DNA of 64,000 nt, from the NCBI GenBank assembly GCA_002633005.1, contig NMRA01000252.1, positions 62,001 to 126,000 of the forward strand, in the 5' to 3' direction. A program made the position numbers and the translations under genes. Positions 12,901 through 25,914 of the stretch are shown here, piece after piece. Position 1 is the first letter of the stretch. Each line of letters begins with the position of its first letter. The DNA comes from Phoronis australis. Taxonomy: Eukaryota > Animalia > Phoronida. Under the pieces are notes generated by a model. The model did no database searches, had not been told where the DNA came from, and saw only the letters and a program-made list of their open reading frames with translations.

Positions 12901-15900
12901 AAAGTTTCTAGACTACACACTTAGGCGTTGTGATTAGTGATTTTTTTAAGCGAATCTAATGAAAAACTGAAAGCATGTTTTTGAGTTTTCCATTTTGACA
13001 CTTGTGTCTTCAAATATTCGTCCCAGGTGGCCATGTAGTTTGCCAAAGGGTCGAGTGGGAGCGTTTCTTCGGATCTTTTTACCATTGTGCGCATGTCCAC
13101 GATCATTTCAGAAACGGCGGAGGTCAAAGTATTTCGTCGTGGAAATATTAGACCTACTGATTGTACTTGACAGTGAAGAATTTACCAAAAGTTCTGTCTT
13201 AATGATGGTAGTAGTAGTAGTAGTTGTTGTATAGTGACATAATCTTCGTAGAAACGTTGGTGGACGATCTGGAATTCTCTTCTTCGGGAGGGTTGTGCTG
13301 TCATCCGGTATTAATTGGTATCTTACGGAGCGCATATTCAGAAATGGCCTTTTTTACCACAAAAAGCCCGAATCCCGAGCGTACTTACGAAAACAGTGGG
13401 CCTGTGAACGACAGTTGTGCCAGCCACTTCGACATAATATTGGGGTGAACCTGTGTAGTTAAACAGAGTCTATGTTTCTACCGTGAGTTAACTTAAAGTC
13501 TTGCTTTGTTGGCCTCAGTCTAAATCGTGTTGAAACAACTCTCTCTTGCATCTTATAACTCTTTGTTGTCGTTTGACATTTACTGACACTGTTCATTTTG
13601 AGAAACATTACAAACCGCAAGAGATAATAATTGTGGCCCCTAAAGTTGTCCTACCGGCCTATATCCGGGAAAAAGTTCAGAACAAAGGTCCATGTAAAAC
13701 ATTTTTAAGGGGCCTGTTTGTGGGTGTTCCCGGTAATTTTGCTCTGATTCATCATGAAATTTTTGTGTAAATTAAACAATATGTCAACAATACCAGGCTG
13801 TCTGATATTTTGCATAAAGTTGTGGTATTGCTTATAGGTTCTAACGGAAGCCGTCGGTAGAACACATTTCTCGCAGAAGCAAGGGATTTGAGTTTGCTGA
13901 AGCTGGGGCCTCTATTAAAAGCATTACGGTACTTCGAAAACGCTGCAATACATCTTGTAGTCACATGACTGATGACTGCAAGATTACGTTGAGGAAAGGT
14001 AGTAATATTTCGTGGTTAAAAGCTCATCCCCGGGATATCGCTTTACTGCAAAAAACTGCGATGAATTCTTGCGTTAAATTTGATTGAAAATTCTCGTTTC
14101 GCTCCAGTGAATTCGCGGGACATCGATCACAAATAAACAGTAAGCAGTAATAAGCGCACGTTTTAGTTAACTTATTCTACAGATCACCAGTATACGAGTA
14201 ATTGGTTTTTAGACATTAATTGGCTTATTACTCTATATACTTTTAATTATCTCCTTTTGAAGGAGAGTTGTTGATGAGTTTTCCATCAGGTAGGGCAGTT
14301 TCTGTTACGCGGAGCTGAGGATATGTTTTCCAGGCGAGGAATTCGCTGCACGCTTCGAAATGTTATGATTTTGTTTTGGAATTTAGTGGTGGCGGTGATT
14401 ACGGTTGCGCATGTATTTAAAATGAAACCCTAGCCCCTCATCCTCTTAAAATCAAACGACTTCTGAGACCCTGAGTTTTGGGGAGACAAAAGTCAACGAA
14501 CCAATAAAAGAACTGTTCCCCGTTTTACCGTTATTTTAATACTTGTGTTTTCACTAACAAGTCGTGCTGTGAAATACTTTTAATCATCAGGTGTATATTT
14601 TCACAAGAAGGGAAATATTAATTTATTCGATATATAATATATCTATTTTGTTACATAACACCCTTATTTTTATAACATGTAGCACGTAACGCTCAGGACT
14701 TCAACTTTGTTCCAGTGGGATTTAAGGCTAATTGCCTTTGAATTGTTGTTCGAGTACATACATTACGATTGAACGAGTTTGTGCTTGATTATCTCAACAC
14801 TACGACTACATATTCATTAGAGTTCGCGATTGGTTATAGTAAGTCTTGGCACTGTAACTTGTACTTGTCGCTCGTTGTTCATTAAGAATTTGTATTTGTA
14901 GATCATAACCTGATCATAATGCCGACGCTTTAGCATATTAAAATATTTTGAAACTTTAAACGCCAAAATAAGTTCATATTTTGAAACAGGGCTTGAGATC
15001 AGATACAAGAAATGATCACCATTAAGGTATTTTGCCAAATATTATACTTGAGATGACCCACACTAATCCATTGTTACAGAAATTCTGGGATTGGATGATA
15101 ATATCTTGTCTTCTGATATCATATTCTCTTGATTTTTTAAACACTTTTGTAACGTTCTCCATTTCCTTGCCATTCTAATTAGATTAAAAGACATTTATAT
15201 GAACATTTTTCTTGCATGATTTAGGATGACGTCACTTTATTACTCAATCGAAAGCGCAAGAAAATTGACAATTTTACTGTTGCTTTCAGACTGTTGTACG
15301 GATGAATAACTTAATTACTTCTCCAAGCAGCATTTGTCGACATTGATTCTCTCTTCAGTATGTTAAAAACATGACAGCCAAACGTAAGCACTCATTATGA
15401 AATTGCGCATAAGATGTGTCACGTAAGTCCATGATTTTTATGTTGAAATTTGTGTTTAAGGGTGCTTTGTGTTTTGTTTTTAAGAGATACATATAGAGAC
15501 ACATTCTTTAATTAACCAACTTCAAAACCTGACGCGCTATTTGTTTGTTCAGCCTTTGATTGCTAGACAAAGCCAGTTTGCACGACTAGTATATCCTCAA
15601 AAACGTTTAATTCTATTACAGGAATCCTCTGGATTGCTTCGGGTGCATTTTTTAACTGTTACCTGTATTTGGTGCACAGTGAATGAATAGACAAACGTGA
15701 GGTCACGGCCTCAATTCCCTGGGCGTTTTAATAAGCTGCGGTTACCGAGAACCTTGGCGCGTCTTCTCGGTAATCTTTGATAGCAAACCCTCTTCGCTGA
15801 GATCGGCATTCGTCTTAACTGAGATGTATTCTAGTTGAGGTCTTAACGATCAGCAAATATATCTAAACAACTTTCAGTTGGCGAAATAACAATGCTGATA

Positions 15901-16313
15901 CTGAAATACATATCCATTTACTCTATATAAACACGTTGAATGACCCCGTGGCTAGCGAAGGCAGGTAGTATGTATATTTGAAAGGTGCCACGTTAATTTG
16001 ATACACTTCACTCAGCACACCCTGTTAGAGTACCTGGACACCCCACGCATGATAAAAGTACTGTCAATCTTTAATAACGTGTTTAACTGTAAGTTGTTAG
16101 TTAAAAAAGAAGACATTTCCGGAATTCTCAAAGAGAGGACCCGTGCCTTAGAATGTCAAACAAGGCATTCAAAATCACGTGACCGCCATGTTTTGTGGGA
16201 AGTGACAGTTGAGTTGAAGATTAATTTCTTAAGTACCTAAACTGAAGACGACTTTGTGTTTGAGCTATATTTTTGCGTTCCTCCAAAAAAATAACTCCAA
16301 AGACTGGAGGTAT

Positions 16314-16388
16314 GTAATAATAATGATAATGATAATGATAGATATAATAATAACAATAGTTACAGTAATAATAACAATACTAATAACT
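16314..16388. repeat. (TAA/TGA)n microsatellite
   Basis: Direct inspection. Confidence 0.8.
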
Positions 16389-16564
16389 TTATTGAACAAG
16401 AGGCTACCGGCCCACAATAGTATATCCAAACTTTATACGCACATACACAGTCATTAAAGATTCAATATTTCACTTCTGATCATCATTGCCCCTTGTATAT
16501 ACATTTAGATGTTGATAAAGTGTTTACTGCTCTCAAGTTTAAGAGACCTGATGTCATTGTGTCT

Positions 16565-17042
16565 AACGTGACAACGTGGTATGAAGCTGTGTCTTAAATC
16601 TACCAGGACTGGACAACGTAAAATAACGTGGCAACCTGGTATGTAGCTATATCTTAAATTTACCAGGACTGGACAACGTAACATAAAGTGGCAACGTGGT
16701 ATGAAGCTATGTCTTAAATCTACCAGGACTGGACAACGTAACATAACGTGGCAACGTGGTATGAAGCTATATTTTAAATCTACCAATACTGGACATGGTA
16801 GCATAACGTGACAACGTGGTATGAAGCTTTATCTTAAATTTACCAGGATCGACTGGACAACGTAACATAACGTGGCAACGTGGTATGAAGCTATATCTTA
16901 AATCTACCAGTACTGGACAACGTAACATAACGTGACAACCTGGTGTGAAGCTATATCTTAAATCTACCAGGACTGGACAAGGTAGCATAACGTGACAACC
17001 TGGTATGAAGCTATATTTTAAATCTACCAGGACTGGACAACG
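16565..17042. repeat. Minisatellite, 60-bp unit, ~8 copies
   Basis: Unit aacgtggcaacgtggtatgaagctatatcttaaatctaccaggactggacaacgtaacat. It gives the 20-aa periodic ORFs on the minus strand. Confidence 0.95.
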
Positions 17043-19335
17043 CACTTCTATTAGAAACGTTGTAAGTCCTTTCACTTCCGAGAATACCATTTTACCATTT
17101 TTTCTGTCTTTTCCATTTCTAATTTGTGAGATGAACATGCAGTGGTCGCTGTCTAAAATATCTGCTGATGCGTCAGCTCCTCACAAAAGTAATTTTCATC
17201 AGACAACCCAGACTCTGTAAAGTTCCCATTTATTTGTATTTTCTACTACCGATAACCAACTCTGTAAAAGAACATCTCCCAGCCTTTGTTCAAATCCTGA
17301 CAAAATTACAGTTCATAACCGATTTCCTTGTTCAACCAGTCATATACAATAAATTTTAATACAGTTATACAACAATCATTTTGATCTTTCATGGACCATC
17401 AAAAGCATTGTCTTGTAAGTCTATCACTTTGTTATTTTCAATATTTTCACAAAAAATTTGTAGGTCTCCACCTATCCTGGCATTTTCTTTGCAGTGACGA
17501 TGGTCGTATTTATACCAGTAGACAGTAAATGATCATTTACAAAATTTTGTTTGAACATTTACAGTTTCTGCTACATCGAATAAGAATAATTGCTATCATT
17601 GTGTCAAACAATTTAATGGCTAACAATGTGATCATTTGACACAGAAAACGTTTCACCAAATTCATTGCTTTGCTTGCCTTTATGTATTCTGCACCGCAGG
17701 GAGATAAGAGCCCTCCAAATTCATTTACAAACTGATATCCCAAATCCACATTTTGATGACTGAGATCTCCGTTTCGTATAGTACAAAAACACTCTGAGAC
17801 GCCTTTCAATGAGTCATAGTTCGTAAAGTAGGTGGCATACACAATTTCGCGCAAATCTGTAAATAACGATCGATGTTTTAGAGATACACCTTCTGCTTCT
17901 TTTAGTTTAGACCTTTACACAAGTGATGCTCATTAAGCACGTTCTCAAATGTTTTCAAGTTTACCACAAATGAATATAGAGTCTAAAAATAATATTTGAA
18001 TTGATGGTGCTAAATTTTGCGTCTTACAAATAGTCAATAAAACATAGATACATGCCGGACTGAAATTTGTGAAACGATTTCATTGTATAGATGACTGTCG
18101 ATTCGCGAAACTCTTTTTTATTCTTAGCTAGTGAAAAAGAAAAGTGTGGGACAAAGTCGATAAGCCTGAAAGTGTCCGATAAGTAATTATCATAGAGATG
18201 AAGTCTGTTACAGTCGTTTTAAACACCTGACATATTTGACAATTAAATAATGCGTTTAATGATTGCCAAGGGTAGCAAATAGTAATCGAGATATCAATTT
18301 TTGCATTATCTAAACATTGTATTTTGTTGACGAGAAACAAAAAACCCTGGATAACAGAGGGTGACTCGGACATACCGACAGACGTCAAAATGATGAGAGA
18401 CGTGTGCATGTGCGTACACAACGAACTGTATATTTGCACGTGCATACATAATAAACCCTACATGTGTATCTTGCTTGAGAAACTATGTTGTTAACACAAA
18501 TTAAGAACGAGAGATCTTAAAATAGACTTCTGCTTGTGGCTTTATGTAGTTAAGGCCAAATAGACTAATTGTTTCCGATTTCCTCAGTAAATATATTTTT
18601 GAAACTAATAAAACTCTTATAGGAAACTCGCACAGCTTGTTTGTTTTATGGTCCTCGTAGTTTATTGAAACGGCGTTCAGACTTCGTCTAATCTTTACGG
18701 ACACATTCAATAAGTCTTGCGACAGTGAATGTGTAGAGTTCGTCTAAACAATAACATCGGTCGCTTGTTGTAGTACTGAGCCAAGAACACTGTTCATGAA
18801 AAAATGTTTGTCTGAAAACGAAAATCACAATACGACGATGATTTCAGAAACTAGATTCAAGTTTTGAAATGTTTAGAGGACTTTCATCACTGTAATGTTA
18901 AAATATTGAAATAACTATAATCACAAAGAAATTCATTACAAAATAGAACCTATCTCTCTATTAAGTGTTGCCTGAATGCTAACCGGGGGCCTGTTAGTCC
19001 AAGAGTCTATTGGATTTTGTATTTTGACTTTCGTTAAAATTCGTAGACAGAAGAAAAACCCTTCCCTAACTCAACAAACACTCACGATTTTTCTACTGAA
19101 CACATACATTATGGAATTTGTGCATTCCATAAATTCATTGGAAAATAGGACTGAAAGGCAGCGTTACACACACTTTCTCGAATAGTTTAAACACTTGATA
19201 ATAAATGAATCAAGTTTAAAAAAACTTTTGAAACATGTGAATAGGGATTACCTTGGCTGTTTTCAAGTCATCTGTGGGTCTGTGTGTAACATCTGGTTTA
19301 TTATGAAGAAGGAAACATCAATTCTGGTAAATGCA

Positions 19336-19860
19336 CATGTTTATGACAGGACTAGCTGACGCACGCCAATGAACACGTTTATGACGGGACTAGCTGACGT
19401 AGGCCAATGAACACGTTTATGACAGGACTAGCTGACGTAGGCCAATGAACATGTTTCTGACCGTAGCTGACGCAAGCCAATGAACATGTATATTACAGGA
19501 CTAGCTGACGCAAGCCAATGAACATGTATATTACAGGACTAGCTGACGCAGGCCAATGAACATGTTTATGACAGGACTAGCTGACGCAGGCCAATGAACA
19601 TGTTTATGATAAGACTAGCTGACGCAGACCAACATGTGTATGGCAGGACTAGCTGACGCAGGCCAATGAACATGTGTATGACAGGACTAGTTGCCAATGA
19701 TCATATTTATGGCAGGACCAGCTGACGTTAGCCAATGAACATGTACATGGAAGGACGAGCTGACGCAGGCCAATGAACATCTTTATGACGGGACTAGCTG
19801 AAGCAGGCCAATGAACGTGTTTAAGAACAGGAGTAGCTGACGCAGGCCAATGAACGTGTT
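19336..19860. repeat. Minisatellite, 38-bp unit, ~14 copies
   Basis: Unit gacaggactagctgacgcaggccaatgaacatgtttat. Confidence 0.95.
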
Positions 19861-20101
19861 CTTATCATTAGTGGGTTTGCATTTAAAATTCAAAGTAATT
19901 GTAATAGGGACACCATCGTCCTGCCATTGTGTACAGCAGTTGTTAAAATGAGATGCTATAGTCTTTTCTTTGACTATTGGAGGTGACAAATTGGAGGTTC
20001 TGCACGTGACGTGAATTAGAATTAACAGTTTCGGTGATTTGCCAATTTCGGAAAGGAACCGTATTAAGATGCATGGTTACATGGAGCTTCAAAAAGAGTT
20101 A

Positions 20102-20521
20102 TATTGCACGGATCTGATATTAACATTTGTATTGTACGGATCTGATATTAACATTTGTATTGTACGGATCTGATATTAACATTTGTATTGCACGGATGTG
20201 ATGTTAACATTTGTATTGTACGGATCGGATATTAACATTTGTATTTTACGGATCTGATATTAACATTTGTATTGCACGGATCTGATGTTAACATTTGTAT
20301 TCTACGGCTCTGATATTAATATTTGTATTGTACGGATCTGCTATTCACATTTTTGTTGTACGGATCTGATATTAACATTTGTATCGTACGGATCTGATAT
20401 TAACATTTGTATTGTACGTATGTGATATTAACATTTGTATTGTACGGATGTGATATCAACATTTGTATTGTATGGATCTGATATTAACATTTGTATTGTA
20501 CGGATCTGATATTAACATTTG
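20102..20521. repeat. Minisatellite, 28-bp unit, ~15 copies
   Basis: Unit gtattgtacggatctgatattaacattt. Confidence 0.95.
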
Positions 20522-20822
20522 GCGAGCGTGAATCTTAAGTTACTTTTGTCTAATGGTTCTAACGTAACGTGAAATGTTCTAGTGCGTGTGCGTATTCCCA
20601 GTCACTCCACTGTTGGAAATGGTTTACCTCTCATGAATTCGCAGCATGGACCTCCAACAGTAGAATCCATAGCGTCCCGCTTACTCTTCACTTCAAATGG
20701 TTTCTGAACCTTATTAATGATAGGAATATTGAATACTTTGAAGTCAGTTAGTCCGTAAAATTGGCATAACTTCACTTCGAGTGTACATAGAAAATTCGTG
20801 CGACGGAAATCTGGGAAACCGC

Positions 20823-20976
20823 GGCCCTGGTAGTGATAATTGTACTCGAAACTCGACTCGGAAATTGACCAATCGCATGGCACGCTCCGAGCACATTTAG
20901 TCATTTATACTCGAAACATGCAGCGTGATTGTCTGAATCTGAGTCCAGTCTAAGTTCGGAGATTTCACCCTGGCCC
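20823..20976. mobile_element. Small foldback MITE (Harbinger-like GGCC termini)
   Basis: ggcc ends plus internal inverted symmetry (gactcgga..ccaatcgc..gca versus tgc..gtgattg..tctgagtc). Confidence 0.45.
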
Positions 20977-23009
20977 CAGGTCTAAAACGTATTGATTATA
21001 ACAACGTCATCGGTCCTTCGGATAGGTTTTAAAGATAATATTTAAGGTGCTTTAACTCTTTTGGCCGGCTTTTTTGTTTGAAGTTGTCGTCATTAGTTCG
21101 ATTCCGACAAACGACTGTGAGGGTGTTACTTTCCCGACAGCCCTGGCGAATCGCGAAGGGTTATGAAAAACTGATCAACTAGAAAGTTGTCTGTAGTTAA
21201 AAATTATCACATGAGTATTGGATCATGTAAATTGAAAAGCGTAATTAGAAAGATGCTGAAATACGGTCCATTTATCTATGCATTCCGAAGACAAATGGCG
21301 AAAACGTTCCGACGACTAATAAGGAGTTAAAATAGTAAATATTCGGCAATGAAGGACTTCATGTCAGAGCTTCTAATCATGTCAGTTTGACCAATTAAGC
21401 AACATAAAACAAAACTTAATGCTAGATAATGTTGCGAGATTAAAACGAGCAAAGACTGTGGCACGGAATTCCTATCATCATTATATTTGAGACCGCGTTG
21501 ATTTAACGATAATTTGTCCGACCGAATGGCCTTTAGAGGCTGCACTGCACCTTATTTCGGGGATAAACGACCGTTTACGAAAAACATCAAGGAGGCGATC
21601 AAATGTTTTATTGAAGTTGTTATGTTTGTGGGTTGTGTTGGTTTCTAATCAACAGACCTGCTGCACGATTGAGAAGAGATTAAACTTTTCTGTACTACTA
21701 ATCAAACGTTGTTTAATCGTGAACCTTTCAATAGACTACTGTTTCAACGTCGTTGCAGTTGTCGGATGCAGAGACGGGAATAGCGTGTAAACGAAACAAA
21801 AACTATCGTGAAATATTGTCAAACTGCACAGTGCGCAACATGTAAAAATGATGTCATTGTTTTATCTGCAGCGTGTTCATGTTTTAATATTTAAAAATGT
21901 TATCTACACTGAACTATTTTTCTGTGCTTTTTTTACGCAAATCGTAAGCAGTAGAAATGCGTTTATTTGCTCTCAATACTTGTTTGCGAAAACGATCTTG
22001 TTAACTTAGAGTATCCGACCAGTTTCTGGGCTGATGTATTATGTTTGGGAGAAAACTTCCTCAAAAGTTGCTCGTTTTGAAACTACTGCGCATTCTGTCA
22101 CGACACCAACTGTGGAGCATACTCCCTTAACTCGACGCGCCGCTCAAAAGCAGACGATCGCGCCGCTCAAAAGCAGACGATCGACTTCTTGTACTTTATA
22201 TTTACATTTCTTCTTGTTATGTTCTTCTACTTTTAGTTTATAATGTTGTAAAAAATCAGATGTTGTGCCGAAATGTACATATAATATTTAAAGAATTCAG
22301 TTTGACTAGAAAGGGATGGATGGATTTTAAAAAAATATTCTTTCATTGAAAACTGTCGGACAAACAACGTGTTTCAGGCAAATTGGAATAATAGATGGGA
22401 ATGAATTTGGAACAGATCCGCCTTGCACAAAGTCCTTCATAATTTTGTTTACATTTTGAAACATCTTGCTCGAAGTTGACTAGTATTAATTAAACCACCT
22501 TCGACAACACATTAATAGCACATGATGGTTATTATTTAATCCACGTAGTGCCAAAAAGCCTGATCTAAATTACTGTGTTTTCATAGATGATTGCTACCTT
22601 CCTTAGGAGTGCGAATACATCTAATGTGATAGGGCGAGAATGCTGGAAACAATGGTAACACCAATTTAACGGACTCTTTCTACGTTTTTAGCTAAAAACC
22701 AACTAGACATGGATTATATCCTCTTTGAATTCTAATTTCGCGTTTCTTCTTAGTTTTTTGCATTTTTGGTTTAGCTCTTGTTAAAAGTCGTTTTTTAAAA
22801 CCCAATATTTCCTGCATCAAGGTAACGCCTCAACAATGAAATGCTGCATCGTGATTGGTCGAGATAGCAGCACGTTTGGCCAACCGAGTCACCTTGGCGA
22901 ACCACTGTCAGACGTTGGTTTTTGCAGTTCGGGGTCAATTGCTTGCTTTGATGCGTCTTTGTAAACAGTTACTCTGCCCTGTGTGTGAATGAAAATACAG
23001 ACATGTCTC

Positions 23010-23110
23010 CTGGAACGTCTACAGGAAAGGGGCGGCGCTTTTGGATACATGAGCGATGAGTGATTTGACAGGGATGGTTGACGAAAGCTGATAATAATTA
23101 AGAGCTACTA
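23010..23110 (+). promoter_or_regulatory. Candidate MyoD core promoter
   Basis: GC box ggggcgg (~23028-23037) and TATA-like taattaaga (~23095) lie about 210 bp upstream of the ATG. An inverted CCAAT lies at ~22853. The position is plausible but unproven. Confidence 0.3.
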
Positions 23111-23307
23111 GTCTCTGGCCACAACTCTCTGGTTTATTTGCATATCTCATTTCAGAAGAACTCTTTATTACCCACCTCTGCGCGTTCTCGTCTTTACTCG
23201 ACATCTTTACTGAAGAGACGCAATACTGATGTAACAGGCTGATGGTGACTAACTGTGACGGGTTACTATAGTACTTCTGGATACAGACTCTGTTCTGCCT
23301 CTTCACT

Positions 23308-24153
23308 ATGATGATGACCGATAGCCGAGGTAGCTGCAGATTCGACCACAATGCCTTCTACCCTGGTCACCCAGCGGCTATGGCCTACAGTGAGACTGGG
23401 CAGATAGTGGATATTTCCCATTCCCATCCGGCTGTCGCCGCCGCCGCCTCGGACTATTACGGCCACGGAATGGGCCACTACAATAGAAGTTTTCCCGACA
23501 GAGGACAGTTCAATGACTACAGCTACCGGAACATGGCCTCAAACGGTGGAGGACACTTTTATCATAGTTATTTACAACCGCCTGTAGGTGGAGACTTTAC
23601 TGGTAACCAACACAAGAATAATTACGTCCACAAAGACTCTAAGTGCTCCAACCGACAGGAACACGGAAACAACAGTGACAACGACTCGGACGGTTGCGGT
23701 AGCAAGAAATGTGAAAGTCCCTGTAGTCCAAACGGAAGTTCAAAAGCAGACGACAAAGACGACGACGTCGATCATAAGGCCGACGACGTTCTCGACGGGG
23801 ACGATGACCACATCCCGCACGTGCTCGCGCCGGGTTTTCACGGCCCAACAAGGCGCTGTCTGCTATGGGCGTGCAAGGCGTGCAAACGTAAGACCGTCAC
23901 CATCGATAGGCGTAAGGCGGCCACTATGCGCGAACGACGACGTCTGCGCAAGGTGAACGAGGCTTTCGAGTGCCTGAAACGGCGCACGTGCCCTAACCCC
24001 AACCAGCGACTGCCGAAGGTGGAGATCTTACGGAACGCCATCGAGTACATCGAGAGTCTGGAGGAACTACTCCACGGGAGTAGAGTCAGCCACCAGGGCG
24101 AAGAAGGCTGCAACGAGACGGGGTCAACTAGCAGCGGGGGGTCTGACTACATG
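23308..24153 (+). CDS. MyoD: MyoD/MRF myogenic bHLH transcription factor, coding exon 1 (282 aa)
   Basis: [19 protein letters not shown] His/Cys domain, then b[59 protein letters not shown] with the myogenic-code Ala-Thr. Ends GSDYM|gtgagt, a phase-0 donor at 24154. Confidence 0.98.
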
Positions 24154-25914
24154 GTGAGTGGCAGGGATAGGGGGGTGGGTACTGGTTGGCAGAGTTGGTG
24201 TAATATTAGATTACAAAATGTAGTGCATTGATCATTCATTGCGTGTAATTCTTCATTAGGCACAGGAAGTCACGCTGCAGGCTCTTGACTAACTAATGGC
24301 GCGTTCCGTAGACGCGAGAACCTCTCGAAACCGGAAGAACACGCAAGACGTCGAGAGTTTCCGACATTTGTTTCAAGTGAACCACGTGATCAACCTAGCT
24401 AGCTTCCTTCGCGAAATTCTAGCGTCTATGGAACTCACCTGGGCAACGACGTCAACAATAGTGCATCAGAACCATTGCAGCGATAACGTAGCTGGTGATC
24501 TGTTGGTCAGCGTCGCCAAAAAAGTGATAGCCATACTTATTTCTCGCTATGAACTTTGACACGTTATTCTATTAGAATTTAATGCTGCTAATTTGCAACC
24601 AATGATAGCGATCCGAACGTCAAGACATCGGTTTTCCGTATGGCTGCCATGTTATGTGAATCAACGTTATTGTTATTAGTCGTAAATTTTGTTAGTAGTC
24701 GATGACATAGCCAGTTAAAACCACACTGCTCTGTTTTGGCTGGCCGCATTTATTAATTGAAATTCAACAAAATTGAAGAAAAAATGGAGTCGAAACACAC
24801 GATCAAATTGATTAAACCTCTTACAAGTACTCGCGGGAGTATCAATCACGAAGCAAATGTGAAATTAATTGAAGATTTTGTAGTTAGTTTTGCTATCACT
24901 TCAGCGGTTTGTTATCAAAATAAACAAAAAGAAATCGGAGTGACACCCCAGGTCCACTGCTACTGTTTTGCTATGTCGCCAGTTCTTTCGCTTACCAGCG
25001 CAGCACTCCTTAAGTCAGTTGTTTATCGTTTTTTGTTGTTTTGCTGTTAACGACTGAAATTTGATAACTTGGCCACTCTATATAACATCAGGTGTGAGTT
25101 TTTACATGTATGGGTAAAGGTCGCACCAGGTAACAAATGTACATTATAGCATCGGGCATGTGACGTAAATCATTAGCAGTCACCCACAGCACAAGTTGTG
25201 TCACAGAAGTAACGAGAGTACAATATACCGCAATATTTGTGCGTCGTTGTCAAGACAACAAGCAAAGTCAACTAGAACAATGAATCACTTAGCAACTATA
25301 AGCAAGTTTGTAGGTGCATGTAAAGCACACAGTTCTAAATGAAAATTGAAATAATTTTCAAAATCTATTTTAGCTCTAAACTCGTCACTTGGGACCAGTT
25401 GCATAAAACTTCCTACTGTATTTCATCCGATTTAGCTGGCATAAAACGGAAACAGAATTAGATCTTCTACTGTCTTAAATTCGGCCTCACAAAATTTCTT
25501 ACAATGATAGGATTCTACTTCTTTTTCCAACAAGAACATCGAAACCAACAACTATTCAAGAAAACACTTCGGATTGGTTTCAGCAACCCTAAAATTACAA
25601 ATTCGAAAATGGCGGGTATACGCAATGCCTTTGACTTGAGTAACGGAAGTGGAATCCTATCATGCTATGAGACCAGTTTGACGGGCGTAAAAGGTTTAAC
25701 TCGACTTTCAATTTTTAGTTCATTTAACAGGGCGAATTGCAGCTTCAAACATTGCCCGACATTCTTGGATATGATCACGTACGCATTAAACCACTACTCA
25801 CTTTTGATAGGTCAAAAACATTGCATGATTTCTTCTGTTCTGTGTCTACTTTGAACATTGATGCGGTGTTGCTGTATTTTTAGTTATCGTTATCTTTGAA
25901 ACAAAAAGTCATAT

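Larger units (their letters stand above)
12990..17900 (-). pseudogene. Decayed gene with several divergent fibrinogen-related (FReD-like) segments and a Thr-rich tail
   Basis: Minus-strand frameshifted peptides resemble FReD motifs: GDLQIFCENIENNKVIDLQDNAFDG (~17395-17472), RNGDLSHQNVDLGYQFVNEFGGL..AEY (~17685-17780), IRRQD..QNF and YLNGDHFLYLISSPVSKYELIL..HYDQVMI..SDKYKL (~14855-15120), and CRSGWHNC..DSGFLW*KRPFLNMRSVRYQLIPDD followed by poly-Thr (13200-13435). Judged by eye only. Confidence 0.4.

Noticed and set aside
12730-12982. ~80-bp direct duplication (also short doublets at ~22139-22183, ~27687-27751 and ~52230-52281)
   Set aside because: Ordinary local duplications with no sign of function.
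23588-24113. Alternative-frame and antisense ORFs over MyoD exon 1 (likewise over the PDE exons)
   Set aside because: These are shadow ORFs of GC-richer coding sequence with no recognisable domains.
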